Virus record (IMG/VR): IMGVR_UViG_3300036832_000493
Coordinates: 2,085 to 66,084 of that record
Length of the DNA stretch: 64,000 nucleotides
Reading direction: 5' to 3' (one strand)
Source: a virus
Taxonomy: Duplodnaviria; Caudoviricetes
Below the pieces are notes generated by a model. It searched no databases. It had not been told where the DNA came from and worked only from the letters and a program-made list of their open reading frames with translations. The position numbers and the translations under genes are program-made. Below, in pieces: positions 25,133-35,198 of the stretch (positions are counted from its first letter, which is position 1; each line of letters begins with the position of its first letter).

Positions 25133-25344
25133 GCCGCTACCTCCCCATCGAGAACTGCTCGGTGTGCCCGTTCAAGGACCACAAAGGGGCCTACGGTCGG
25201 ATCGCCTACGTCCCCGTCTGCAGCAAGACCGGCGGAGAACTCAGCTACACCCTGAGCGTCTCCGACAAGGGTCGCGTCAGCGCCAGCTATGCCGGGGGCA
25301 TCCCCGGCTGGTGCCCGCTGCCCAAGACGGAGGACTTGGCATGA
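25129..25344 (+). CDS. small Cys-rich protein
   Basis: CSVCPF...C...WCPLP; ATGA overlap. Confidence 0.7.
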   Translation: MSRYLPIENCSVCPFKDHKGAYGRIAYVPVCSKTGGELSYTLSVSDKGRVSASYAGGIPGWCPLPKTEDLA

Positions 25345-25829
25345 GCACCGTACGCGACCGCCTCGTCTACGAGACGCCCATCTACCTCTACGGCGAGGAC
25401 GGCCTCCAGCAAGCGGTGGCCAAGGCCGTTGCCAAGGTCGCCCGCCACTGGGAAGACCTGCCGCTGGGCTTCGCCTTCCGCGTCGACGACGTCAGCTACA
25501 GCGTCGCCATCGATCCCGACCGCGACGAGTACGGCACCAACACCCAGCTGGAAATCGCTGCCTTCCCCGTGCTGCGGGTCACGCCCAAGGGCTTCCACAT
25601 CTCCGTCGGCGGCTGGTCGGGCAATCCGCAGACCCGCTGGATCGGCAACGAGTGGACCAAGCAATGGGCCTGCCGCACGCCCGAGGCTGCGCTGCGCAGC
25701 TTCATCGCCCGCCGCAAGCGGATGGCCGCGATCTACGAGGGCCGCGCCCAGAGCGCCCGCTACTGGGCCGACAAGGCCGAGTACCTGCTCCAGAAAACCG
25801 AACACCCGCTCCTAGGAACCGAACCATGA
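25341..25829 (+). CDS. hypothetical protein
   Basis: GGAGG RBS, ATGA overlap; MSTVRDRL... Confidence 0.75.
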   Translation: MSTVRDRLVYETPIYLYGEDGLQQAVAKAVAKVARHWEDLPLGFAFRVDDVSYSVAIDPDRDEYGTNTQLEIAAFPVLRVTPKGFHISVGGWSGNPQTRWIGNEWTKQWACRTPEAALRSFIARRKRMAAIYEGRAQSARYWADKAEYLLQKTEHPLLGTEP

Positions 25830-26368
25830 TCGAACAGGTATTGCCCCGCCTCGCCCGCGACATCCACGCCGACAATGTCCGCAACGGCTGCTACCTCGAC
25901 GAGCGCGGCATCACCGTCGAGGCGCATGACCGCGATGCAATGCTGCTGCAGGGCATCTGCGACCTCTCCGAGGCCTGCGACGGCTTCGACGGTACCCCGG
26001 ACACCCGGCTGCCGCAGTACACGCTCTATCAGGTCGAGGTGGCCAATTTCGTCATCCATGTGCTCGGGCTGATCGGCTACGAGGCCGCGCACGGGCACAC
26101 GATGCCGACGTTCCTGCCGACCAGCGAGTTTGCCTACCTGCAGGGCATGCCGCGCTCGACCTCGACCCTCGGGCTGATGCGACTGGTCTGCACGGCGGCG
26201 GAGCGCTGCCACGCGCGGAACTTCGAGTTCTACGTTCAGGCGCTCGCCGAGTGCGTCAGCGTTTGCTACGCTCTCGCCAACCATCAGGGCTTCGTGCTGT
26301 CAGGCGTGATCAATGATCTGCGCGCCTATCGAGTGCGGATCGTCAACCCTGCTCCCACCCTGAACTGA
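25826..26368 (+). CDS. degenerate MazG-like NTP pyrophosphohydrolase-fold protein
   Basis: LARDIHADNVRNG...CDLSEACDG...QVEVANFVIHVL mirrors phage MazG (IH..N..kGWW...SElSEAlE...vElAD.vIR), with substitutions at key residues. Confidence 0.55.
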   Translation: MIEQVLPRLARDIHADNVRNGCYLDERGITVEAHDRDAMLLQGICDLSEACDGFDGTPDTRLPQYTLYQVEVANFVIHVLGLIGYEAAHGHTMPTFLPTSEFAYLQGMPRSTSTLGLMRLVCTAAERCHARNFEFYVQALAECVSVCYALANHQGFVLSGVINDLRAYRVRIVNPAPTLN

Positions 26369-26376
26369 GGCGCGCC

Positions 26377-26547
26377 GTGAACGACCCGGACCTCGCCGCC
26401 TTCCTTGGCCTGAACGAGGAGGAAGCCGCTATCATCCTGCCGCGCCTCACGCCTGCGGAGCGCGCCATCTACGAGCGCCTGTCCGTCGTGGAAGCGCAAC
26501 TCGCCGCCGGGATCGCCCCCAAGGGCGTGATCGTGTGCCGGTCATGA
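26377..26547 (+). CDS. small hypothetical protein
   Basis: GAGG RBS, GTG start, ATGA overlap with the helicase. Confidence 0.55.
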   Translation: MNDPDLAAFLGLNEEEAAIILPRLTPAERAIYERLSVVEAQLAAGIAPKGVIVCRS

Positions 26548-27968
26548 GCAAGGTCTTCGTCCCGCACGACTACCAGCGCCCGGCGATCAACCACGTCCGC
26601 AAGCTCAAGCGCGGCGCGCTGTGGGCGCCGATGGGCGGCGGCAAAACCGTCGTCGTCCTGTCGGCCCTGCTCGATCTCGACCTTATCGAGCCGGTGTTCC
26701 CGATCCTCGTCCTCGCGCCCAAGCGCGTGAGCCGGACGACGTGGCCCGCCGAGATCGCCAAGTGGGCGCACACCAAGCACCTGCGCATCGTCTATGTCGG
26801 CGGCACCCGGCAGGAGCGCGAGGCCGCGCTGCGGGTCAAGGCCGACGTCTACACGATGGCCTACGACAACCTCGTCTGGCTCGTCGATCACTACAAGACG
26901 CGCTGGCCGTTCAGGACGGTGGTCGCCGACGAACTGACCCGGCTCAAGAGCTTCCGCATCCGGCAGGGCTCAAAGCGCGCCGGAGCCCTCGGCAAGGTTG
27001 CCCACACCCTTGTCGACAGGTTTATCGGCCTGACCGGGACGCCCGCGCCGAACGGGCTTAAAGACCTCTGGGGGCAGATGTGGTTCATCGACCACGGCCA
27101 CCGCCTCGGGCACACGTTCACCGCCTTCGAGCACCGCTGGTTCATGCGCGGCTACGACGGCTACTCGCTGCAGCCGATGGTGCACTCCAAGAAGGAGATC
27201 GAGGCCCTGCTCCGCGACGTCTGCCTGACCGTCGAGGGCCTGCCGGTCGACGAGCCCATCGTCACCAACCTCTATGTCGAACTGCCGCCCGACGCCGTGC
27301 GCCAGTACCGCGAGATGGAGAAGCACATGGCGACCGAGATCGAGGGCGAGGTGATCACCGCCGAGCTTGCGATCACCAAGACCGGCAAGCTGCTCCAGCT
27401 GTGCAACGGCGCCGCCTACATCGACGAGGACGCCAAGACGTGGGCACCGGTCCACGATGCCAAGCTGGAGGCGCTGGAGAGCGTCATCGAGGAGGCGGCA
27501 GGCATGCCCGTCCTCGTCTCCTATTCCTTCCGTAGCGACCTTGAGCGCATCCTGAAGCGCTTTCCGCAGGCGAGGCACCTCGACGATGATCCCCGGACCA
27601 TCGTCGACTGGAACGCAGGGACCATCCCTGTGCTCGTCGCGCATCCGCAATCTGCTGGCCACGGCCTCAACCTGCAGGACGGAGGCAACATCCTCGCGTT
27701 CTTCGGCCTCGACTGGAACTTGGAGGGCTACCAGCAGATCACCGAGCGCATCGGGCCACTGCGGCAGAAGCAGTCGGGCTATGATCGCCCCGTGTTCGTC
27801 TACCACATCCTCGTCCGGGGCGGCATGGACGAGATCGTACTCGAACGCCTGCAGGGCAAGATCACTTTGCAGGAGGCGCTACTCGCCGCCATGCGCCGTG
27901 CGAAGGGGAGTGCCCATGCCGATGTTCAAGGAGATAGCGAGCCCGGTATCCGGGTGGACGCTGGATAG
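26544..27968 (+). CDS. SNF2-family (SF2) helicase
   Basis: PMGGGKT, VVADELT, LTGTPAPNG, SAGHGLNLQ, QITERIG. Confidence 0.95.
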   Translation: MSKVFVPHDYQRPAINHVRKLKRGALWAPMGGGKTVVVLSALLDLDLIEPVFPILVLAPKRVSRTTWPAEIAKWAHTKHLRIVYVGGTRQEREAALRVKADVYTMAYDNLVWLVDHYKTRWPFRTVVADELTRLKSFRIRQGSKRAGALGKVAHTLVDRFIGLTGTPAPNGLKDLWGQMWFIDHGHRLGHTFTAFEHRWFMRGYDGYSLQPMVHSKKEIEALLRDVCLTVEGLPVDEPIVTNLYVELPPDAVRQYREMEKHMATEIEGEVITAELAITKTGKLLQLCNGAAYIDEDAKTWAPVHDAKLEALESVIEEAAGMPVLVSYSFRSDLERILKRFPQARHLDDDPRTIVDWNAGTIPVLVAHPQSAGHGLNLQDGGNILAFFGLDWNLEGYQQITERIGPLRQKQSGYDRPVFVYHILVRGGMDEIVLERLQGKITLQEALLAAMRRAKGSAHADVQGDSEPGIRVDAG

Positions 27969-28170
27969 CGTGCAGAACCAAGGCAAGTGGAGCGGCCATC
28001 CGTTCTGGGAGGTCACGCTGATCCGCGAGGAAGGAGCCGCCAAGACGGCGTCCTACAGCCACCGCGATCTCCGCATGGCATGGGAGGGAGCCCTGCACAT
28101 CGCCGAGAACCACGACGCCGCGCTGATGCGCGGTTACATGACCAGCCCCATCTATCAAGGACCGCCATGA
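27916..28170 (+). CDS. hypothetical protein
   Basis: GGGGAG RBS; MPMFKEIASP... Confidence 0.55.
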   Translation: MPMFKEIASPVSGWTLDSVQNQGKWSGHPFWEVTLIREEGAAKTASYSHRDLRMAWEGALHIAENHDAALMRGYMTSPIYQGPP

Positions 28171-28394
28171 CCCTCAAGACCATTGACCGCATCACGATGT
28201 GCCTCGATCCCGAGGCCTTCGCCGAAGTGAAGGCGCTGGAAGCCCGCGTCACCATGCTGGAGGCGCTGGTCGCGCGCCTGCTGGTCGTGGCCGGGCATCA
28301 GGCCGAATTTGGCACCGAGCACTTCGACCTTCACGAGGCCGTCGAGGATGGGCGCTCTATGCTTGGTACTTGGCCGCTAGGGAGCCCAGTGTAA
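28167..28394 (+). CDS. hypothetical protein, last + strand gene
   Basis: AAGGA RBS; convergent overlap with 28357-30108. Confidence 0.6.
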   Translation: MTLKTIDRITMCLDPEAFAEVKALEARVTMLEALVARLLVVAGHQAEFGTEHFDLHEAVEDGRSMLGTWPLGSPV

Positions 28395-30108
28395 CCGGGC
28401 CGCCCTTGGCGAAGTAGCGCAGGCCCGTGTAATCGACCGGCTTAGTCGGCTGGAGGCGGGGGATGTCGAACTCATCAGCACCGGGCACCTTGCTGTAGTT
28501 CTTGTGCCCGCTGAGAGTGTAGTTGCGGGAGACGTCCTGCAGCTGGTCGACATTGGGACGCGGCACCAGTTCCAGCCCCGGGAACATGTTTTCATGGGGC
28601 TCCAGCCGTCGTCGCAGCCGATCCCAGATGTTCCACTGATTACCGAAGAGCGACAGCCCCGACCCCTGCATCGCGTCCTCATTGGCCTCGACAACCCGAC
28701 GATAGCCCGGCCCCATCAGCTTGTAGTTCGACGGTTCCGCGATCCAGTCCGTCGCCGACAGGTGCTCGGGCAGCGCAGGGTTGATGTCGCCGCTCTTGAG
28801 GCGAAACATGCCCCCGGGGTTCTTGCCTGCGGCGCCGAGGAGCATGTCCTGCTGGAAGCCGTGGGGCAGGTCTTCATAGGCTTGCGGAATGACACTGCGC
28901 CCTTTGCTGACCGCGTCCTTCTGATACAACGCGAGCGCTCGCTGCTTGAAGGCATCGTAGTCTTCCGGGTTCTCGAAGACGTTGCCGCCGTACTGGGCGA
29001 GCATGTGCCGGTCGACGGCGGAGACGCCCGCGTCGGGCTGCCATGCGACGCCGAAGGAGCCGGTCTTGTTCGACAGGCCCGGCACCTGATTGGCCACCCG
29101 CTCGACAAGGTTAGACCACGGCTCGTCTGCACCCCGATGGAAGAACGTGGGATCGCGCAGGAACAGGTCGTGCAGGTCGGGCAGCCGGTCGTGCTGCATG
29201 CTGCCCCTGATCCCGAGGCCTCCGGCACTGCCTGCATTGATCCCATACTTCTGGGCGATGGCGCTATCCAGCACCTCACGATCCGCGCCACTTACCGGGT
29301 CGTTCAACCCCCACGGACGCAGACCGATCATCTGGCCCACCTGCTCCTGCGACGAGGGCCGGAACCGGGACATCGTCATCTGATTGGGCAGCAGCGGCGC
29401 GTTGGGCGAGGTGATGCCGAAGTGCAGGCCCGACAGCACCTGCGCGTCGGGAAGGGTGCCCGTGTCGGGCTGCATGCTCCGCATGAGCTTGGCTTGCAGG
29501 TCTTGGTGGAAGCTCGGGTCCAGCGTCGAAGGGTCGATGCCTTGCCCTTTGAGGTACATCATGTCCTCATAGGTGAACTTGTCGTTGAGGCCGCCGGGAA
29601 TGCGGACGTCACCGCTGCCGCCGACGTTGCCGAAGCTCTGCGGCTCGTTGAGCGGGCCAAGGCGTGACACGCCCAGCGCGTCGCCAAGGTCGGCGACATC
29701 GCTCGACGTCATCTCGGTCGGCCCTTTGCCCCGGAACGTGAACGGCACGTCCTCGGCGGCGTTGTAGGAGCCGGTGACCCCGGCAGGCAGACTTGGGTCT
29801 GTCTCGGGCAGGGGCGTGCGCTCCACTGCCAGCGACCGGTCCGGGGCCGGTCCCTCCCGAACGCTGGCGAAAGTGGTCTTAGCCTCGGCAGATCGACCTG
29901 CGCTTCTTTTGGGAGCAGCAAGAGGCGCGACAACCTTCGCAGGCGCCTTCTCGACGTTCTTGACAACAGGCACCACCGAAGGCGCGGCGACAGCTGCCTT
30001 CACTGGTGCTTGCTCGGCCTTCCTGACCGCCAACGCGGCCACCCGCTCTTCTTCTGCTCTGGCCGCATCGCGCGCCGCCGCACCGATTGCCCGTGTGATC
30101 AGACCCAT
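28357..30108 (-). CDS. putative ejected virion protein with HhH-GPD (8-oxoG glycosylase-like) motif
   Basis: 583 aa, end of the late operon; VPGLSNKTGSF...VSAVDRHM; C-terminal FAKGGPV. Confidence 0.7.
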   Translation of the reverse strand: MGLITRAIGAAARDAARAEEERVAALAVRKAEQAPVKAAVAAPSVVPVVKNVEKAPAKVVAPLAAPKRSAGRSAEAKTTFASVREGPAPDRSLAVERTPLPETDPSLPAGVTGSYNAAEDVPFTFRGKGPTEMTSSDVADLGDALGVSRLGPLNEPQSFGNVGGSGDVRIPGGLNDKFTYEDMMYLKGQGIDPSTLDPSFHQDLQAKLMRSMQPDTGTLPDAQVLSGLHFGITSPNAPLLPNQMTMSRFRPSSQEQVGQMIGLRPWGLNDPVSGADREVLDSAIAQKYGINAGSAGGLGIRGSMQHDRLPDLHDLFLRDPTFFHRGADEPWSNLVERVANQVPGLSNKTGSFGVAWQPDAGVSAVDRHMLAQYGGNVFENPEDYDAFKQRALALYQKDAVSKGRSVIPQAYEDLPHGFQQDMLLGAAGKNPGGMFRLKSGDINPALPEHLSATDWIAEPSNYKLMGPGYRRVVEANEDAMQGSGLSLFGNQWNIWDRLRRRLEPHENMFPGLELVPRPNVDQLQDVSRNYTLSGHKNYSKVPGADEFDIPRLQPTKPVDYTGLRYFAKGGPVTLGSLAAKYQA

Positions 30109-32270
30109 CAGTCCGCTCCCGGTAGTATGATGCGAGGGGGCGCCACCGTCGGCGCGGGCAGCACTATCACCGGACCGCCCTTGGCAAAGCCCTGCGCGCC
30201 CTTCTCGACCGGCTCAAGCCCCTCGACCGGGCTGAAGACATTGGCCGCGCCGCGCCCCTCGCCGAGGAAGTCGGGGTTGTGGTAGCCCTTGTAGCCGTAC
30301 TCATCGACGAGCCGGGTGAGGTCGGGCAGGTACGCGCCCGCGTTGCCCGCACGCATGGGCTTGACGTTGTAGGACTGCGCCAGCTTGACCAGCTGATCGG
30401 GGTCCGAACCGATGTCGTAGAGCCCGTGCAGCTGGGTCTGGTAGGCGTGCGGCGAGACGGCGGAAACGACATTCTCCGGCACGACGGTGCCCGGGTCGCC
30501 CGTGTAGAAGCTCGTGTGCTGCGCGGGCGATCCTTTGGCGCCCCTGATGGCCCAGTCGTCGCCGCGATGGCCGGTGCCGTAGAACGCCGGGTCGGTCGCC
30601 GTCAGCCCCGGCGTATGGCTGAGATGGACGCCGCGCACGCTCGTCGGGTTGGCGGGCGTGATCAGGCCGCGCAGGTAGTCGGGGATGCCGCCGCGCGTCA
30701 TCGGATCGAGATACTCGGGCGGCAGCAGCAACGGCGTCTGCGGGGAGAACTGGGTCTGCCCACCAAGCTGGCGCAGGTTCGCGTTGATCTCCTGCAGGCG
30801 GTCGGCGCCGCCGCGCGCACGGTAGGCGTAGCTGTCCTTGGGCAGCCCCTTGAGCACGTCGGCCTCGTCGCGCAGCTGGTTCATCTGGTGGTAGAGATCG
30901 GCGTTGGCGGGCCCGTAGTTGACCCAGCTGTTCTGGCCGCGCGTCTCGGACATCAGCGCCATCTGCTCCAGCGGGTCCATCATCCCCGCGTGCGAGGCGT
31001 AGGCGAGTTCCTCGCCGCCCGGACGGAAAGTCGCGCCGTGCGGGACGTGGCCGTAGAAGTCATGCACGGCGCGGAACATCTCGTTCTGGTTCAGCCCGGT
31101 CGCCGGATCGATGCGACTGAGGAACGGGTGCGGGTCGCCGCCCCGGTAGACGTTGAGGTTGCCCGAGCCGAGGACGTCGCCCATCATTGCCGAGGGCGTC
31201 GCGTACTCCCCCTCGCCGAAGTGATAGCGCATAGACACCGGCAGCTGGTCGAACTGCCGGGTGACCTTGTCGCCGAGGGCATTGTAGGCAGCCTCGGTCA
31301 GCTGATCGTAGTTCTGCGCTCCCGTGCCTTCGACGAGCTTGGGGAACATCTCGCCATAGCGTTCGAAAAGCGCGTGCTTATAGCGCGGGTCGCCCGAGGC
31401 CGCGAGGTCGAACACCCGCGCAATACCGCCCTGCTTCTCCAGCGAGGTGCCGGGGTCAACGATACCGGGATACTTCCGGCCTAGGTTCAGGAGGTTGTAC
31501 TGGTTCGCCGCCGTCGCCGCCGGGTTGGTGTCGGGGTTGGCGAGGATGCCGCGCAGCTTGGGCAAGCTTGCGCCTTGCGCCTCGGGGACGGTCTGCGGTT
31601 CGAGGCCCTCGCGCTGGACATGGAGGAAGGGGCCCTCCTCGTGGGTGATGTAGCGCGGGCGCTCGGCGACGTCGGCTGCGGCATCGGCGGCGACGTCCGC
31701 CGCCCCGCGCAGGCCGCCACTAAGCAGGCGCTCGCCGCCCTTGATGAACTTGGACATGCCGAGATTAGGAACAATCGACAGCGCCGCGAGCGGACCGATG
31801 AACCGCTCGGCGGCCTGCGCCCCGGCGACGTTGCCGGTGGCCCGCGCATCCGCCGCCTCGCGCACCATCTCGGTGAACTGCTTGACGTCACCGAACCCGG
31901 GGGTCAGGTCGACGAGGCTCTCGGGGTGCTCGCGAACGTGTTCGATGGCGCGCCCGCCCAGCGCGACGGCATCGCTCGCAACCTGCTCCGGCGTGTGCGA
32001 CATCGCATAGTGACCGACAGCGCTCGCCGCCCCGGGGATCATCTTCACGAGATCGAGCGCGCCGCCCGGGGTCTGGGTCAACGCGCTGCCGAGCGACTGC
32101 GCGATCTCCCGCGCGCCGCCTCGGGGAGCTTGCCGGGGCAGCGGCGCGGGCTTGGGCGCGCGGGCGACGGTCAGTGCCGACGGCTCGCGGCGGATCGCGA
32201 CGGGCGCGGTCGTGCGCGCCGTCGGATTGCGGTAGACCGCGAAGTCGTCGGAGAACGGGTTCGCGGGCAC
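30108..32270 (-). CDS. large polyvalent-type virion protein (FRAVHDFYGH domain plus ART-PolyVal-like C-terminus)
   Basis: 720 aa; NEMFRAVHDFYGH...GEELAY; VHLS...FYGTG...SFY...LYD...GYKGY; ends FAKGGPV. Confidence 0.7.
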   Translation of the reverse strand: MPANPFSDDFAVYRNPTARTTAPVAIRREPSALTVARAPKPAPLPRQAPRGGAREIAQSLGSALTQTPGGALDLVKMIPGAASAVGHYAMSHTPEQVASDAVALGGRAIEHVREHPESLVDLTPGFGDVKQFTEMVREAADARATGNVAGAQAAERFIGPLAALSIVPNLGMSKFIKGGERLLSGGLRGAADVAADAAADVAERPRYITHEEGPFLHVQREGLEPQTVPEAQGASLPKLRGILANPDTNPAATAANQYNLLNLGRKYPGIVDPGTSLEKQGGIARVFDLAASGDPRYKHALFERYGEMFPKLVEGTGAQNYDQLTEAAYNALGDKVTRQFDQLPVSMRYHFGEGEYATPSAMMGDVLGSGNLNVYRGGDPHPFLSRIDPATGLNQNEMFRAVHDFYGHVPHGATFRPGGEELAYASHAGMMDPLEQMALMSETRGQNSWVNYGPANADLYHQMNQLRDEADVLKGLPKDSYAYRARGGADRLQEINANLRQLGGQTQFSPQTPLLLPPEYLDPMTRGGIPDYLRGLITPANPTSVRGVHLSHTPGLTATDPAFYGTGHRGDDWAIRGAKGSPAQHTSFYTGDPGTVVPENVVSAVSPHAYQTQLHGLYDIGSDPDQLVKLAQSYNVKPMRAGNAGAYLPDLTRLVDEYGYKGYHNPDFLGEGRGAANVFSPVEGLEPVEKGAQGFAKGGPVIVLPAPTVAPPRIILPGAD

Positions 32271-32273
32271 GAA

Positions 32274-35198
32274 CTAGCTCCCGCTGTCGGGCAGGATCGG
32301 GCTCAGGTACTTCTGCTTCAGTTCATCGTTCCGGTACGTCTGATCGACATCGGCTCCCGTGCGCGAGGCCAGCGAGGAGAGAAGCAGGGGCTCGCGGTTG
32401 CGGGCATAGAAATCACGGGTCGGCTGGATGAGATCGCCGATAGTGCTGACGGCGCTCGCCCCCTTGCCAACAGCCTGTGCGCCGCGCGCGACAGCAGAGC
32501 CAAGAACCCTCGGCGACGACGACACTGCGCCTGCAAGGATGGAGGGGATCGCTGCCAAGTGACCTCCGACCAACGCGGCTACGCCGCCGAGAGTACCCGC
32601 CCCGGACAACGGCCCCATGATACCGCGTGGACGCAACGGCGACAGCGACTGCCCCGCCATAGCGGGCAGCAGGGTGCCTGCGGGATCATGCGTCGCGAGG
32701 CGCTCAAGCATGCTCTGGCGCAGGCCGTAGCCCGTCAGGGCGTTGTTGCGCGTGGCGGCCTGCAGCTTCCGCGAGACGCTCTCCGGGTCGATGGGCGACC
32801 CGGGTGCCTTGCCGAGGCCGAAGGTCTTGTTGAAGCCGCTCTCCTCGTCGAGGAAGTCGCCATAGTTCGCCATGTGGGTGTCGTACTCGGGGTAGGTATC
32901 CCTCAGCTTCTTGCCGACGCTGTCCGAGAGCGTACGACCCAGCGAGCCTTGGTAGGTCGGGTCGTTGGGGTTGTAGTCGGTCTCGCGCAGCACCTTCTTG
33001 AAGTTGTCGAGCCCTTCGGGGCTCAACAGCGCCGGGTTGATCTGCGCCGCGCCGACGTGCTGGGTCAGCTGCTCCCACGCCTTCTGCCACTCGCGGTCCG
33101 AAGGGGGGCGCTGGTCGTCGGGCAGGGATAGGCGATCATCGTAGAACTTCGGTCTCTTGTCATACAGGTCTTTTGCTATGTCGGAGATGTCGACCGTGTC
33201 GTTGGCCGTCCTCGCGAAGAACGGAGTGATCCCGGCCTTGTAAGACTTCATCGCCGTATCGCGCAGCTGGACCGCTGCCGCCTTGGCCTGTGCCGCCGTG
33301 GCCGCCGCCGCCTCGCCGGGGTTCTTCATGGCATCGTGCAGGGCTGCGAGCGCTGTCGTGTCCCCCGTGCGCCCGGCTTGGTAGCCCGCTGCCGCAGCCT
33401 GCTTGAGCGGCCAGTCACCGGTTCCGCTCATGCCGCCCGCCGTGGCCGCAGGCCAGTCGGCGATCCCGCGCAGGCGCGGATGCAAGGTCGGGTCGGAAGC
33501 CCAATCCATCGCCCCGCCCGCCCAATGCATCGGGTCCGCCGTGCGTGCCACGGTCCCGGCGATATCGGCACCCGCGCCGAGGGCCCCGGCCAGCCCGAGG
33601 CGGCCACCCGTCATGGCGAGGCGGCTGCCGAGGCGCAGGCCGCCGCCGACACCCGAGGCGACCCCGGCGATGTCGGCGGGAATGCCGAGCGGGTCCGTGA
33701 TGAACGAGCGCTTGAGGTTGTCGAGGCTGCTGTACTTGCTGCCCAGCGCCTTGAGCGTGTCCACCGGATGGAACAGAGCGGTGGCCGCGCCGATGGTGTG
33801 GGCCCCCGCATCGGTCAGCGGGCTGATGGCCGTGCGCGCGAGGTCGACGGGCAGGCGCGCGAGGCCCTCGCCGATGTTGACGGCACTCGCGGGCACGTTC
33901 GAGATCGCCTGTGCGACGCTCGTACCGAACCCGGCATCCTTGGTCGCCTGCTCGTCGGCCTTGCCATAGCCGAGGTTGCCGGTCGTTGCGCGCTGCTCGG
34001 GCGTGGTGTCCTTGAAGTGCTGGCGCGCTTCGGTGAGGTTGCGGTTGTAGAAGTCCTGCCGCTGCGTAGGCGTGATCAGCCCTTCCTGCACCGCCGTGTC
34101 CGCCGCGAGGTTGGCGTAGCCCTCGGGCGTCGCCTTGGGCTGCTGCACGTAGTTGACGATGGTACTCTCGCCCTCGGGCGAGAAGCGGAAGCCCTTGACG
34201 TTCTGGCCCACGGGCGGGGCGCCTGCGGGCGGACTATCGAGCAGTCCGACTTTCTGGTCCTCGGCCTGTCGCGCGGCGGCGACGGACGGCAGCACGCCAC
34301 CGACCGTCACGCTCGGCGGCGTTCCCGGCGTCCCGTCCGGCTTGATGAGAGGCAGGTTCATCGTAGTCGACGGCACCACGTAACCGGGCGCATGCACGAG
34401 GCGTGTGTAGGCCTCGGTGATGCCTTGGTTCAGCGAAGTCGTGCGGTTGTCCATGTCCGCCTTCATCTGGAGCAACACGGCCTTCTTCTGCGACAGCGGG
34501 TAGTTGCCCTGCAGAACCTCCATATTCTCGTGGCGGGCGCTGTCGGACAATGTACCCGAGCCCAAAGGCGAGCCCGAGACGACCTTCGCATACTCGTTTA
34601 TGAAGGTGTTCAGGGCACTGTCCATCTTCGAAACAGTATCCCCGGCCTTTCCCGGCAGCCTGCGTTGTATCCCCAGCATCGCCGAATTTATATCCCGGTA
34701 GCCGGTCATGCCCTCCAGTTCGGAGCTACGGTCAAGGAACTGCTGGCCATTGAGCATGGCGTTGTTCTCGTTGACGCCGATAACCCCGGCCATCTCTTCG
34801 AGCTTCTTGATCTGCGCCGAGCCTGCCTTGTAGTGGGCCATCTGCGCAGCGAGGTCGGCACCCGTGAGCCCGGACGCGCCCTCCTGCTTCACAAGTTCGT
34901 CCATCACCATCTTGCGGTTGCCCGCGCCAACCTTGCCCATGCCGAACGACGGCATCGGCCCCCCAGCCGCTACCAGTTGCGCGTAGAAGACCGCCGTCGG
35001 GTGGTCGATCTTAGTTGAAGGTGGGTCTACCGGGTTGCCTTGCTCGTCGTGCGTGGCTTTGAACTGGAGCGCCTCGCGCTGTGCACGCGCGGCGGCCCGG
35101 TCGTTCTCGTCCTGCTGCCGCTTCTCGGCGAGCGTCTTCTCGGCGTTGGGGCCGCCGTAGGTCGCGCCTGAACCTGTGAGAATACCGGGGCCAGCCAT
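32274..35198 (-). CDS. large internal virion / DNA ejection protein
   Basis: 974 aa, Ala/Gly-rich with hydrophobic patches; follows the SLT gene as in podovirus ejectosomes. Confidence 0.7.
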   Translation of the reverse strand: MAGPGILTGSGATYGGPNAEKTLAEKRQQDENDRAAARAQREALQFKATHDEQGNPVDPPSTKIDHPTAVFYAQLVAAGGPMPSFGMGKVGAGNRKMVMDELVKQEGASGLTGADLAAQMAHYKAGSAQIKKLEEMAGVIGVNENNAMLNGQQFLDRSSELEGMTGYRDINSAMLGIQRRLPGKAGDTVSKMDSALNTFINEYAKVVSGSPLGSGTLSDSARHENMEVLQGNYPLSQKKAVLLQMKADMDNRTTSLNQGITEAYTRLVHAPGYVVPSTTMNLPLIKPDGTPGTPPSVTVGGVLPSVAAARQAEDQKVGLLDSPPAGAPPVGQNVKGFRFSPEGESTIVNYVQQPKATPEGYANLAADTAVQEGLITPTQRQDFYNRNLTEARQHFKDTTPEQRATTGNLGYGKADEQATKDAGFGTSVAQAISNVPASAVNIGEGLARLPVDLARTAISPLTDAGAHTIGAATALFHPVDTLKALGSKYSSLDNLKRSFITDPLGIPADIAGVASGVGGGLRLGSRLAMTGGRLGLAGALGAGADIAGTVARTADPMHWAGGAMDWASDPTLHPRLRGIADWPAATAGGMSGTGDWPLKQAAAAGYQAGRTGDTTALAALHDAMKNPGEAAAATAAQAKAAAVQLRDTAMKSYKAGITPFFARTANDTVDISDIAKDLYDKRPKFYDDRLSLPDDQRPPSDREWQKAWEQLTQHVGAAQINPALLSPEGLDNFKKVLRETDYNPNDPTYQGSLGRTLSDSVGKKLRDTYPEYDTHMANYGDFLDEESGFNKTFGLGKAPGSPIDPESVSRKLQAATRNNALTGYGLRQSMLERLATHDPAGTLLPAMAGQSLSPLRPRGIMGPLSGAGTLGGVAALVGGHLAAIPSILAGAVSSSPRVLGSAVARGAQAVGKGASAVSTIGDLIQPTRDFYARNREPLLLSSLASRTGADVDQTYRNDELKQKYLSPILPDSGS

